A stretch of DNA of 64,000 bases from Polyangiaceae bacterium (GTDB taxonomy: Bacteria; Myxococcota_A; Polyangia; Polyangiales; Polyangiaceae): contig JBILLK010000003.1 of assembly GCA_044376115.1 (NCBI GenBank), positions 1 through 64,000 of the forward strand. The letters are read 5' to 3'. The position numbers and the translations under genes are program-made. The notes beneath the pieces are model-generated. The model saw only the letters and a program-made list of their open reading frames with translations, had not been told where the DNA came from and did no database searches. Of this stretch, positions 50,235 to 60,420 are shown in pieces (within the stretch, counting starts at the first letter, position 1; every line of letters begins with the position of its first letter).

Positions 50235-51452
50235 ATGACGGGAGTCGGCGTCACCACGGTGGATCTCGAGGATCTTTCGTTTGCGGAAGGTGCGCAGCTG
50301 TTGCTCAAACGCGCCTTCCGCAACGGCGCCAAGGCTCTGCGGGTCCGCGGTCGCGATCCTGCGCTCACGGTTGATCTGCCGGCGTGGACGCGCACCCAGG
50401 GACATCAGCTATGCCGTGAAGACGATGGTTCCTTCACTGTGACGGCTGCGACCTTCGGTCAGGCGCTGGCGCCGGTCTCTGGGCGCTGGCTTGGCGCTGA
50501 GCGTGCCGGCGATTGGAATGCTTGCAACGTTGACGCGGTGGTTGAAACCGCGCCGGCACGTTGGGGACTCGCAGCACGTGGGGCGGCCGTCGAGGCAGGA
50601 TCACCGGCGTTTTCGTTTCGGCTTTCGAGCAAACGTGAGGTTTGGAGCGAGGACGCGGGGCGTTTGTATGCGCTGGCGGCGGCGAATCAATGGGACCCAG
50701 CGACAGCGATCCCGTGGGAGGAGCCTTTCGATTTGCCTCCCGAGGTCGAGGAGGCGGTGGTTTCAGTGATGACCTACCTGATCGAAAACGAGACGGCCGC
50801 GTTGGTTGTCCCGGCCCGCTTCTTGGGGCAGCTGCACCCGCATTTTCGCGAGGTGATGCAGATGATGGCGACGATCGTCGCAGACGAGGCCCGGCACATC
50901 GAGGTCTTCACGCGAAGGGCCACACTGCGTGGCGCAGCCCTCGGTCTTTCCACGGCGGGAGGTCAAACTTCGCTGGCTACCTTGCTGGATGAACCCGACT
51001 TTGCCGTGGCCTCCTTCTTGTTGAGCGTGCTGGGCGAAGGCAGCTTTCTCAGCCTGCTGTGGTTTCTGCACGAGCATGCGCCGGATCCAGTTACGCGAGC
51101 GATCGCGAAGCTGACCGCCCAAGACGAGGCGCGCCATGTCGCCTTTGGCTTGTCCCATCTCGCTCGCCATCTGCAGGCAGACCCTGCCCTTGAACAGCGA
51201 CTCGCTGCGGCGGTTGAGCGACGGCATGCGCACCTGTCCCACACCGCTGGGCTCAACGAGGAGGTGTTCGACGCCTTGGTGCTGCTAGCCGCGGGGAGCT
51301 TCACGCCAGCTGCGTTGCGCAACGGAAGCCTGGCTACGGCCGAGCTGGGGCGCGAGATGGAGCGCGGTCGTCGACAGCGCCTCGTCCGTTTGGGTTTCAG
51401 CGAGGAGCGCGCCGCAAACCTGGCTTCCCTTCATACTAAAAATTTCATGTGA
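50235..51452 (+). CDS. Ferritin-like di-iron protein with N-terminal TusA/SirA-like domain
   Basis: N-terminal VDL.DL...LLKRA...L.V...DP....DLPAW.R.QGH; IENE, DEARH, GEG, DEARH di-iron ligand pattern. Confidence 0.85.
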   Translation: MTGVGVTTVDLEDLSFAEGAQLLLKRAFRNGAKALRVRGRDPALTVDLPAWTRTQGHQLCREDDGSFTVTAATFGQALAPVSGRWLGAERAGDWNACNVDAVVETAPARWGLAARGAAVEAGSPAFSFRLSSKREVWSEDAGRLYALAAANQWDPATAIPWEEPFDLPPEVEEAVVSVMTYLIENETAALVVPARFLGQLHPHFREVMQMMATIVADEARHIEVFTRRATLRGAALGLSTAGGQTSLATLLDEPDFAVASFLLSVLGEGSFLSLLWFLHEHAPDPVTRAIAKLTAQDEARHVAFGLSHLARHLQADPALEQRLAAAVERRHAHLSHTAGLNEEVFDALVLLAAGSFTPAALRNGSLATAELGREMERGRRQRLVRLGFSEERAANLASLHTKNFM

Positions 51453-51479
51453 GATCGTACGAGCAACGCAGCGCGTAAT

Positions 51480-53753
51480 ATGGCTACTATGCCGCTGATG
51501 CCCACGTTCGACGAAGAGGTCGCTGAGACACGTCGCTGGTTCCAAAGTGAACGATTCCGAGGCAAGAAACGCCTCTACTCCCCAAGGGAAGTCGTTGAGC
51601 AACGCGGTTCGATCCGCAATGACTACACGGTTGCCAGAGAGGCGGCCCAGGCCTTCCACGCGCGGCTGCGAGAGCTGTTCGAGCAGGGCAAGAGCATCAC
51701 TACCTTCGGTCCGTATTCGCCCGGCCAAGCCGTGGCTATGAAGCGCATGGGCATCGAGGGCATCTACCTCGGGGGTTGGGCCACCAGCGCAAAGGGCTCT
51801 CAGCAGGAGGATCCTGGCCCCGATTTGGCGAGCTACCCGCTCAGCCAGGTGCCCAATGAAGCGGCTCCCATCGTGCGGGCGCTGCTCACCGCGGACAAGA
51901 ACCAGTTCCAGGCTCGCGCGCGCATGACCGAGGAGCAGCGCGCAGCGACGCCGGTCGTAGATTTCCGGCCCTTCATCATCGCTGACGCTGACACAGGCCA
52001 TGGCGGTGACGCACAGGTTCGCAACTTGGTTCGGCGCTTCGTGGAGGTCGGTGTGCCCGGCTATCACATCGAAGATCAGAAGCCGGGCGTGAAGAAGTGT
52101 GGCCATCAAGGCGGCAAAGTCCTGGTGTCCGAAGACGAGCAGATCAAGCGCTTGAGCGCGGCTCGCTTCCAACTCGACATCATGGGCGTTCCCGGGCTGG
52201 TCGTCGCTCGCACCGATGCCGAGTCGGCGACGCTGCTCGACGGCCGCAGCGATGAACGGGATCAGCCCTTCATTCTCGGAGCATCCAACGTCAACGTGCC
52301 CACTTTCAAGGCAGCGTTCTTGGCGCTGCTGCGTCGCTTCCACAGTCGCGGCATCGAGGAGTTGAGCGGGCATGAACTGTATGCCCTCGCGGAAGAGCAA
52401 TACGTCGCTGCCGAAGCCTGGATCGACAACGCAGGCCTCGGCCCCGTGTTCGAGGAGGCGATGGCCGAGTACGAAAAGCGCGGCAAGACCGGCGTAGATA
52501 CAGCGCTGGACAAGGTCTTCGATCGTCTGGTGGACGTGTGGCAGGTGGAGGCCGAGGTGAAGACCTTCGGTCGCGCCGTGGCCGACGAAATGCGCTTCCT
52601 CGCCAATGAGGGCGTCCACTTCGCGATGACGGAAGAGGAGTGGCTCAAGTTCGCCTCGCGCGCCTCCTTCTACGAAATCTCGCAGAAGGCCAAGGAGATG
52701 GGCGTCGATGTGCAATGGGATTGCGAGCACGCCAAGACGCCGGACGGCTACTACCAAGTGCGTGGCGGTATCGACTACGCGATCGCCAAGTCGCTTGGCG
52801 TTGCACCGTACGCGGACCTTCTGTGGATGGAGACCAAGACGGCGGATCTCCATGACGCCAAGATCTACGCAGACGCCATTCACGCGGCCTTCCCCGACGC
52901 GATGCTCGCCTACAACCTCTCGCCATCCTTCAATTGGGACACCACCGGCATGTCCGAGGACGAGATGCGTCGCTTCCCCGAGGAGCTCGGGAAGATGGGC
53001 TTCGTCTTCAACTTCATCACCTACGGTGGTCACCAGATCGACGGCCTCGCAGGTGAAGAGTTCGCGCTGGCGTTGCGTGAGGAGGGCATGCTCGCGCTCG
53101 CGCGGCTACAGCGTAAGTTCCGCCTGCTCGAATCCCCGTACCGCACGCCGCAGACGCTGGTCGGTGGGCCGCGCGGTGACGCAGCCTTGATGGCGCTCAC
53201 CGGCCGAACCTCGACCACCAAGGCGATGGGCAAGGGCTCAACGCAGTTCCAACACACCGTGGTGACCGAGACTCCACCCAAGCTGCTTGAAGACTGGCTG
53301 GAGATCTGGAGCCAACGTCACGAGATCCCGGGCAAGCTTCGGGTCGCGCTCAAGCCACACAGCGCTGGTTCCGAGCTGCTCGAGCTCGCCATCCTCGGCC
53401 CCAATCAAAGCAAAGCGGCCAACGTCATCTTCAACGCCATCCAAGATCGACGCGGGCGGCGCATCCTCTCGATTCGCGATCAGAACACCTTCGATCTGTC
53501 GCTTCGTCGCAAGCGGATGATGACGCTGGCGCAGCTGTTCTTGATCCACCGCTACAAGATCGACTCGGTGCACTACCTGACGCCCACCGAGGACAACAAG
53601 CATCAGGCTGAAGGCATGCGTGCACGCGGCCTGTTCAGCAACGTCAACGACGAGGTCGGTGAGATCATCGTCGCCGACGTGAACAAAGAGCGCGTGAAGT
53701 CCCTACTCGAGGCCGACCGCGCTGCGCTCAAAACGCTGGTCGCCGAGACCTGA
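51480..53753 (+). CDS. aceA: Isocitrate lyase, long ICL2 type
   Basis: [47 protein letters not shown]; large internal insertion and extra C-terminal domain (757 aa). Confidence 0.95.
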   Translation: MATMPLMPTFDEEVAETRRWFQSERFRGKKRLYSPREVVEQRGSIRNDYTVAREAAQAFHARLRELFEQGKSITTFGPYSPGQAVAMKRMGIEGIYLGGWATSAKGSQQEDPGPDLASYPLSQVPNEAAPIVRALLTADKNQFQARARMTEEQRAATPVVDFRPFIIADADTGHGGDAQVRNLVRRFVEVGVPGYHIEDQKPGVKKCGHQGGKVLVSEDEQIKRLSAARFQLDIMGVPGLVVARTDAESATLLDGRSDERDQPFILGASNVNVPTFKAAFLALLRRFHSRGIEELSGHELYALAEEQYVAAEAWIDNAGLGPVFEEAMAEYEKRGKTGVDTALDKVFDRLVDVWQVEAEVKTFGRAVADEMRFLANEGVHFAMTEEEWLKFASRASFYEISQKAKEMGVDVQWDCEHAKTPDGYYQVRGGIDYAIAKSLGVAPYADLLWMETKTADLHDAKIYADAIHAAFPDAMLAYNLSPSFNWDTTGMSEDEMRRFPEELGKMGFVFNFITYGGHQIDGLAGEEFALALREEGMLALARLQRKFRLLESPYRTPQTLVGGPRGDAALMALTGRTSTTKAMGKGSTQFQHTVVTETPPKLLEDWLEIWSQRHEIPGKLRVALKPHSAGSELLELAILGPNQSKAANVIFNAIQDRRGRRILSIRDQNTFDLSLRRKRMMTLAQLFLIHRYKIDSVHYLTPTEDNKHQAEGMRARGLFSNVNDEVGEIIVADVNKERVKSLLEADRAALKTLVAET

Positions 53754-53779
53754 AATGAACGGCTGACGCGGGGGCCCGG

Positions 53780-54742
53780 CTAACGCGGGGCCCGGCGCGC
53801 AGCTTGCGCACCAAAGGCCTCGCGAGCGGCCGTACTCATCACCTCCGCCACCGTTCGCAACGCCTCGGCGATCGATGAGCGTTTTCTGAACGCCAGCACC
53901 AAGGTTCTGCGTGCGCGCGCGTCTTTCAAGTTACGCGTCGCGACCTCCGCTCGCGCTGTTTCGACAGCTACGGCAATGGTGGGAAGCAAGGTGACCCCGG
54001 CTCCAGCGCCGACCATCTGCACCAAGGTGGAGAGGCTGGTCGCGCGGAACTCATGTTCGGTCACGTCGCTCGCCGAGCAGATTTCGAGCGTCTGACTGCG
54101 GAAACAATGGCCTTCCTCGAGCAGGAGCAGCTCATTGCCAGAGAGCTCATCGAGCGACATTGCGCCTTTGCCCTTGGCCAACCGGTGCCCTTTGGGCGTG
54201 CACAAGACGAACGGATCGATGAAGACGGTGGCATGGTCGACGAGGCCAAGGTCCGCCTCGAGCGCGAGTAACGCTGCGTCCAAGGCGCCGGCCTCGAGCT
54301 GGTGAACCAGGTTCTCGGTCTTATCCTCGACCCAACGTACAGCGAGCTTTTTGCAGCGCGTGCGCAAGGCCGGCGTGATGGCCGGTAGCAAGTACGGCGA
54401 GATGGTTGGGATCACGCCAAACGTCAGCGTGCCGCTCAATGGGTCTTTCTGCCGTTGTGCGTCTTCCTCGAGGTCCATCGCCTCGCGCAAGGTGGCCTGT
54501 GCGCGCTTGATCAAGGGTGCTCCCTGCGCGGTGATCATGACGCCGCGGCGATCACGCTCGAAGAGGCGCACGCCAAGCCCATCCTCCAGCTCCTTCAGCT
54601 GCGCGCTGAGTGACGGTTGCGAGACGTTGAGCAGCTTGGCTGCGGCGCGGAAGCTCAACGTTTCGGAGACCGCTACGGCGTATTGAAGTTGCCGCAGCGT
54701 GAAGTTGTGAAGTCGCAGCAGCCGTTTGGAGGGGACGTCCAT
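53780..54742 (-). CDS. oxyR: H2O2-sensing LysR regulator OxyR
   Basis: LysR HTH; GVIPTISPYLLP; LLEEGHCFRSQTLEIC (C-X8-C redox pair); ATSLSTLVQMV; divergent from ahpC. Confidence 0.92.
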   Translation of the reverse strand: MDVPSKRLLRLHNFTLRQLQYAVAVSETLSFRAAAKLLNVSQPSLSAQLKELEDGLGVRLFERDRRGVMITAQGAPLIKRAQATLREAMDLEEDAQRQKDPLSGTLTFGVIPTISPYLLPAITPALRTRCKKLAVRWVEDKTENLVHQLEAGALDAALLALEADLGLVDHATVFIDPFVLCTPKGHRLAKGKGAMSLDELSGNELLLLEEGHCFRSQTLEICSASDVTEHEFRATSLSTLVQMVGAGAGVTLLPTIAVAVETARAEVATRNLKDARARRTLVLAFRKRSSIAEALRTVAEVMSTAAREAFGAQAARRAPR

Positions 54743-54744
54743 CT

Positions 54745-54759
54745 ATAGTCATAGACTAT
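54745..54759. promoter_or_regulatory. OxyR box ATAG-N7-CTAT
   Basis: ATAG TCATAGA CTAT, exact match to the core OxyR motif, between oxyR and ahpC. Confidence 0.8.
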
Positions 54760-54855
54760 CAATAGATTCGTATTCATGTCTTGGAAGAATCAAGTCCAAG
54801 CCACCATGCTCTCTCCCAGATGCAGGGCGCACCGCCCAAAACAAGGAGTTGCAGC

Positions 54856-55395
54856 ATGTTGACCGTAGGTGATCGGCTTCCGTCTTTCAGTCTTCAATCC
54901 GTCGTCAGCCTCGAGCCGCAAAAGGAGTTCACCACCCTCTCCGAGACCAGCTTCCCCAACCGCTGGCTGGTGCTCTTCTTCTGGCCGATGGACTTCACCT
55001 TCGTCTGCCCGACCGAGCTCGCTGAGTTCAGTCGCCGCAATCGCGACTTCCAGGATCGCGAGGCGCAGGTCCTCGGGGTCAGCACCGACACCCAGTTCGT
55101 CCACCTCGCTTGGCGCAAATCCCATCCGGATCTGACCAACCTCGCGTACCCGATGCTCGCCGACACCAAACGAGAGCTGTCCACCGCGCTCGGTGTGCTT
55201 CACAAGCAGGAAGGCGTTCCGCTGCGTGCGACCTATCTCGTGGACCCGACGGGTGTGATTCGCCACGTCAGCGTCAATGACCTCTCGGTGGGTCGGAATG
55301 TGGATGAGACGCTGCGTATCCTGGACGCCTTCCAGACCGACGAGCTCTGTCCGTGCAACTGGAAGAAGGGCGAAGCCACGCTGAAGGGAGGCTGA
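54856..55395 (+). CDS. ahpC: 2-Cys peroxiredoxin
   Basis: AGGAG RBS; FWPMDFTFVCPTE, GRN.DE.LR, LCPCNW. Confidence 0.95.
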   Translation: MLTVGDRLPSFSLQSVVSLEPQKEFTTLSETSFPNRWLVLFFWPMDFTFVCPTELAEFSRRNRDFQDREAQVLGVSTDTQFVHLAWRKSHPDLTNLAYPMLADTKRELSTALGVLHKQEGVPLRATYLVDPTGVIRHVSVNDLSVGRNVDETLRILDAFQTDELCPCNWKKGEATLKGG

Positions 55396-55396
55396 G

Positions 55397-55942
55397 ATGA
55401 GCGCGCTGGAACGCGTGCGGGACGCACTTCCCGAAGAGGCGAAAGACATTCGGCTGAACCTTCAGTCCTTGCTTCAAGGAACCACCCTCACGCCCGACCA
55501 GCGCTGGGGCGTGGCGATCGCCGCAGCGGTCACCACGAAGAACGCCGAGCTGATGCGCGCCATGCGCGAAGCCGCACAGTCCGAGACGACGCAAGCCGTC
55601 GTTTCGGACGCGATCGCGGCGGCCACGCTGATGGCGATGAACAACGTCTTCTATCGATTCCGCCACCAGATCGGTAAGGAGACCTACGCTGAGAGGCCGG
55701 CTCGACTGCGCATGAATCGGCTGGTGAATCCAAGCTCCAGTCGCGTGAACTTCGAGCTGATGTCGCTAGCGGTCAGTGCGATCAACGGCTGTGAAACCTG
55801 CGTGCGTGCGCATGAGAAGGTCGTGCTCGAGGGCGGTCTGACCGAGGAGCACGTGCTCGAGGCGGTGAGGATCGCTGCGGTGGTGCAAGCGGCCTCGGTG
55901 GGTCTGGCTGCAACCTTGCTGCAAGACCCGAGCGCGGCTTAA
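55397..55942 (+). CDS. ahpD: Alkyl hydroperoxide reductase AhpD
   Basis: LPE.AKDIRLNL, MAMNNVFYR, LRMN, SAINGCETCVRAHE. Confidence 0.95.
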   Translation: MSALERVRDALPEEAKDIRLNLQSLLQGTTLTPDQRWGVAIAAAVTTKNAELMRAMREAAQSETTQAVVSDAIAAATLMAMNNVFYRFRHQIGKETYAERPARLRMNRLVNPSSSRVNFELMSLAVSAINGCETCVRAHEKVVLEGGLTEEHVLEAVRIAAVVQAASVGLAATLLQDPSAA

Positions 55943-57893
55943 GGGTCGAGCACCAGCTGACCAAATCGCTCAGGTACGTGGAAGTTCGGCCGTTTGGTCA
56001 GGGTGGGTCGCCAGGCGAGGTACTGTCGCTCACCCTGGCCCTCCATGCGGTAGACCGCCAACGGCAGCTCGCGGCCAGGCTCGAACAAGCTGGTGAGGTC
56101 GCTCGCGTCGAGGCGCAGTTCGATCGTCGCGGTTCGCTTCTGCGCGTCATGCGTCGCGGCTGATTTCACGCCGGAGCTCCAGTCGACGTTCGAGAGCTTC
56201 TTGTCGCGATCGATCTCGAGATCGAGGAAGTGACCCAACGGCCCGACCTCGATCTCGAAGTAGCGCTGCGGTTCGCTCAGCGAGCGACCGATGAAGAGCT
56301 CCACGCAGTCCTCCTCGTAGAGCTTCGCCCGCTCGACCTCGGTTGGTCGGGTCTTGTCGCTGAAGAGGCCAGCGTTCGTTAGCTCAAAGCCCGCGTAGAG
56401 AGCGTCCTTCGACCAGAGCAGCCGCACACGCGTGCTCGTGTTGGTTGGTGGTGGCTCCACTCCAGTCGGTTGCAAACTCGATTGGGGTCGCCTGTTGCCA
56501 CGCTGGTTCGCTGAGCGAGCCGTCGAGCTCGATCGTTCCGTTGAGCGAAGCAGCGTGGGCACGGCTGGGCGTACTCGCTGAAGACGCTGTCGTCCCCGCG
56601 TCGGCGCGCAACTCGAAGGGAGCCATCGAGCGGAAGACGAAGGCCGGTGGCGAGTTCACGAGCGCAGCGCCGTTGCCCTCGACCACCGTCTTTCCGAAGT
56701 CGACGCCGAAGCGCTCGGCGGCCTTGGTGATCAACGGGGAGGTGTCTCGGCCTTGTAGACCGAGCGCGAGCTTCGCGTTCTTCCATGCGCCCAACGCTCG
56801 AGCACCAACCTGATCTACGCGCACAGCGTTGGTACCGCCGATGGCGAGGGCCTTGGGCAGCGGGACGATCAGCTGAAAGCCGTCTCCTTGGGTCATCGGC
56901 GTGCCCTCGAGCAGCGTTACGTCCGGCGCTGCGACCTCGAGCACGTCGACCATACGTTTGGCGAACTTGTCGAGCGCGCCGACGAAGAAGGAGCGATCTT
57001 CTGCGCCCTCTTTGCGTTGCTTGAGGTACTCGCTGAGCTCCTCATGCATGTGGAACTTTTGCCGATGTGCAGGCGAGCCCGAGCTGAGCATGACGATGCC
57101 TTGCAGGCCCTTGATACCGAGGGAGACCACCGAAAAACGGTGCGCCTTCATCTTGGGGATGTTGATGAAGAGACCGCCATTGAGGTGCTCGGCCAGGACT
57201 TTGGGAAGAAGCAACGTAGGCACCGAGGTCTTGCCCATGCCGTTCACGCGCACTGGCTTTCCCGGCTGAGTTCCTTCCACGTTGAACACGCCGTCGTCGC
57301 ACATGCACACCAGCGGAACGTTCTCTTCCTTTGCGAGGTCTGCGTAGCCCGAGACGTCGACCAGCTTCTTCCAGTAGTCGTGCGGACCTCCCCAGCCGTC
57401 GGCAACGATGATGTTTGTGTGACCGCGCTCACGCAGACAGCGGATCACCCCACGAACGAACTCAGGGTTGGTGATGCGACCATCAACGCCGTTGTCTCCG
57501 CCGGATTTCTTGGGGTCCTTCAAGCTGTCGAAGCCACCGATATTGGGCTTGAGCAGCACTGGCGTTGCCGCCGATCGCTTCGGCACCACCGCTTCACACA
57601 GATCGTGACCGAGCTTGGTTGGGTCATCCCCGGTCAAGGCAATCACCGGCGATAGGTCATTCTTGAAGCGGTCGAGATTGCGTTTGCGGAGGGCCGCTCC
57701 ATCAATCGAGCCTTCGACCAACACAGGCTCGTAGTTGCCGGCCTCCGAGGCATGCGACACCAGCACTCGCGCTTATGGTTGCCGTGGCTTGAGCGACGGA
57801 AGTTAGCGGCTCAGCGCTGGGTTCAGAGCTTGGTTCGCTCGCGCAGGCTCCAATGAGCAAGCCTGCAACACCCAACGCCGGGCCGCGCAACAC
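55939..57893 (-). pseudogene. Lipoprotein-DUF362-CBM9/DOMON-like fusion split by two frameshifts
   Basis: Signal with LIGAC in ORF 57702..57893; DUF362 motifs (VLLKPN, T.PEFV, INIPKMKAH, SLGIK) in 56384..57766; sugar-binding-like domain (IELDGSLSEPAW | TRVRLLWSKDALY, DCVELFI, YFEIEVGP, PNFHVP) split across 56384..57766 and 55939..56562. Confidence 0.72.
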
Positions 57894-57894
57894 G

Positions 57895-59205
57895 TCACTT
57901 CTTCTTCGGCTCGTCGCTCGGAACTACTTCGGTGGCGAGCTCGTCGTCGTCGTCGTCGTCGTCGTCATCGTCGTCGTCGTCATCGTCATCGTCGTCGTCG
58001 TCATCGTCGTCGTCGTCATCGTCGTCGTCGGCATCGTCGTCGTCGTCGTCGTCATCGTCGTCGTCGTCGGCATCATCCGCTGCTGCTTCGGGAGCTGCAT
58101 CATCAGCGGGAGCTGCATCATCCGCTGCTGCTTCGGGAGCTGCATCATCCGCTGCTGCTTCGGGAGCTGCATCATCAGCGGGAGCTGCATCATCAGCGGG
58201 AGCCGCCTCGACCACCACTGGCGGGGGCGCAACCTCGCCCTCGTCGTTGGCTGCCGCCGAATACGCGTCCGGCTCCGCCTCAGAGGTGTCGAAGGCTTCC
58301 GAGCTTAAGTCGGCTTCACCTGCGAAGGCGGCTGGCGCAACCTCCACGGGCTCCGCGTCGCTCGCTGCGTCCGCGTCAGACTCGGCCTCGCTCTCTTCTG
58401 CGAGGGCCAGAGCGAGGCGTTGGGCCGCGTCGGCGATGCCGCCAAAGCCCTCCGCATCCAACGAAGCTCCACCCACGAGCGCCCCGTCGATGTCGGCCTC
58501 TCCAAGGAGACCCGCCGCGTTGTCTGCCTTCACGCTGCCGCCGTAGAGAACGCACGTCGCTTCGGCTAGCTCCTCGTTGACCTCAGCGAGCAACTCGCGA
58601 ATCCGCCCGTGAACCTGTTGTGCGTCTTGCGGGCTCGCGACGCGGCCAGTGCCGATGGCCCACACAGGTTCGTAGGCCACCACGCCAACACCGGGCGAGG
58701 TTGCCAAGAGCCCCATGAAGGCTCGAAGTTGGCGCTCCACCACAGCCAACGTTTGTCCGGCCTCACGCTCAGCGAGCGTCTCCCCAACACAAACGATCGG
58801 CCGCAAATCAGCTTCGAGTGCGGCCTTGGTCTTCTCGGCGACGCTCTCATCGGTCTCACCGAAGAGCTGACGCCGTTCACTATGTCCGATGATCACCCAG
58901 GTAGCGCCAGCGTCGCGCAACATCGGTGCGCTCACTTCACCGGTGAACGCGCCAGACGACTTCGCGTGGAGGTTCTGCGCCGCGACGCCGACGCCAAAGC
59001 CTTCAGAAACGTCGATGCTCCCGCGGACCTCTTCCACCTCGTGCGCGACCGCTGCGATGGCGGTGAAGGGCGGGGCAACCACCACGTCCACGCGATCGTT
59101 GACGCGCGTGCGCTTGGCCACTGCGTTGGCCAACTCGCACGCGTCCCGACCGCCCATGTTCATCTTCCAATTGCCGGCAATGAGCGGCCGTCGGAAGGGG
59201 TTCAT
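57895..59205 (-). CDS. tpiA: Triosephosphate isomerase with long acidic C-terminal extension
   Basis: [43 protein letters not shown]. Confidence 0.97.
   Translation of the reverse strand: MNPFRRPLIAGNWKMNMGGRDACELANAVAKRTRVNDRVDVVVAPPFTAIAAVAHEVEEVRGSIDVSEGFGVGVAAQNLHAKSSGAFTGEVSAPMLRDAGATWVIIGHSERRQLFGETDESVAEKTKAALEADLRPIVCVGETLAEREAGQTLAVVERQLRAFMGLLATSPGVGVVAYEPVWAIGTGRVASPQDAQQVHGRIRELLAEVNEELAEATCVLYGGSVKADNAAGLLGEADIDGALVGGASLDAEGFGGIADAAQRLALALAEESEAESDADAASDAEPVEVAPAAFAGEADLSSEAFDTSEAEPDAYSAAANDEGEVAPPPVVVEAAPADDAAPADDAAPEAAADDAAPEAAADDAAPADDAAPEAAADDADDDDDDDDDDDDADDDDDDDDDDDDDDDDDDDDDDDDDDDDDELATEVVPSDEPKKK
57943..58077 (-). repeat. GAC/GAT trinucleotide tract encoding DD-A-D12-A-D29
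   Basis: Counted from the sequence: 43 Asp in 45 codons, in frame with tpiA. Confidence 0.95.
58078..58203 (-). repeat. Coding minisatellite (ADDAAP with or without EAA)
   Basis: Core gggagctgcatcatc at 58090, 58108, 58135, 58162 and 58180 (spacings 18, 27, 27, 18). Confidence 0.9.
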
Positions 59206-60413
59206 GAAGCGGTCTCCAGCGCCACCACGCCCGGCAAACGCTTGCCTTCAATCAGCTCGAGCGATGCGCCGCCGCCGGTCGAAATGTGGTCGATCTTGGC
59301 TGCGACCTCGGCTCCGGCGAGCTTGATCGCCGCTGCGCTATCCCCGCCGCCCACCACCGTGAAGCCCTCGACTTCGGCGAGCGCACGAGCCACGTCGAGC
59401 GTGCCATCGGAGAAGGCCGGCGTCTCGAACAGGCCCATCGGGCCGTTCCAGAACACTGTCTTCGCCGAGGCGAGCTCCGCCCGAATCAGGTCGACCGTCT
59501 TCGGTCCGATGTCCAACGCCATCGTCTCTTCGGGGACTGCGCCGACCATTACGACCTGCCCACTCGTCGCGTCGAGCGAGCTCGCGACCTTGACGTCGAC
59601 GGGCAGCACCAGCTTCACGTTGCGTGCGCCGGCCTTCTCCATGATCGTTCGTGCGAGCGCGAGCTTGTCCGACTCGATCAGGCTCTTTTGCATGTTTCGG
59701 CCTTGTGCTGCGAGGAAGGTGTTGGCCATCGCACCGCCGATGCAAAGCACCGAGCACTTGGCGAGCAGCGCCTCCACGACCTCGATCTTGTCGCTCACTT
59801 TGGCGCCACCGAGGATCGCCACGAACGGCTTCTCCGGGTTGTCCACTACGCGGCTCAGCGCGCGCAGCTCCTTCTCGAGCAAGAAGCCCGCTGCTCGATC
59901 ACGCACCATCAGCGGCAGTGCATGCACCGAGGCGTGCGCACGATGCACGCAGCCGAAGGCGTCATCCACATAGGCGTCGCAGAGCTCCGCGAGTTGCCTC
60001 GCGAAGCCCTCATCATTGGCCTCCTCCTCGGGGTGGAAGCGCAAATTCTCGAGCAGGCAAACCTGGCCTACTCGCAGATCATGAATCACCTTCTTCGGAC
60101 CATCGCCGACGCAGTCCTCCGGAACGTGGACCTCCCAATCGGTGAGCTCGGCGAGCCGCGCTCCGCAGATCTCGAGGCTCAGGCCCTCTTTTTTTCCCGG
60201 CTTGGGCCGACCCATGTGGGAAGCGAGAATGACTCGTGCGCCCTTTTCCATCGCAAAGCGAATGGTGGGAAGCGCCTCTCGGATCCGCGCGTCATCGGTG
60301 ATCGCGCCGGTCTTCTTGTCCAGCGGGACGTTGAAATCCACGCGAATGAAGACACGCTTGTTCTCGAGCCCGCGACCTTCGTCGGCTGCAGCTAGATCGG
60401 CGATGGTTTTCAC
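59202..60413 (-). CDS. pgk: Phosphoglycerate kinase
   Basis: [49 protein letters not shown]. Confidence 0.98.
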   Translation of the reverse strand: MKTIADLAAADEGRGLENKRVFIRVDFNVPLDKKTGAITDDARIREALPTIRFAMEKGARVILASHMGRPKPGKKEGLSLEICGARLAELTDWEVHVPEDCVGDGPKKVIHDLRVGQVCLLENLRFHPEEEANDEGFARQLAELCDAYVDDAFGCVHRAHASVHALPLMVRDRAAGFLLEKELRALSRVVDNPEKPFVAILGGAKVSDKIEVVEALLAKCSVLCIGGAMANTFLAAQGRNMQKSLIESDKLALARTIMEKAGARNVKLVLPVDVKVASSLDATSGQVVMVGAVPEETMALDIGPKTVDLIRAELASAKTVFWNGPMGLFETPAFSDGTLDVARALAEVEGFTVVGGGDSAAAIKLAGAEVAAKIDHISTGGGASLELIEGKRLPGVVALETAS

Positions 60414-60420
60414 GCGGACC

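Noticed and set aside
51285..53033. 582-aa antisense ORF, and similar long ones such as 58609..59973, 59286..60395 and 14679..15905
   Set aside because: They lie opposite well-supported genes; long antisense ORFs are expected at high GC3.
53761..53797. Near-tandem duplication GGCTGACGCGGGGGCCC / GGCTAACGCGGGGCCC at the aceA/oxyR junction
   Set aside because: Only two short GC-rich copies, most simply a local slippage duplication.
57940..58203. Repeat tract as a CRISPR array, or the poly-Ser/poly-Val/poly-Thr ORFs in other frames as genes
   Set aside because: No unique spacers or cas genes. Units are multiples of 3 within tpiA, and the other frames are shadows of the same repeat.
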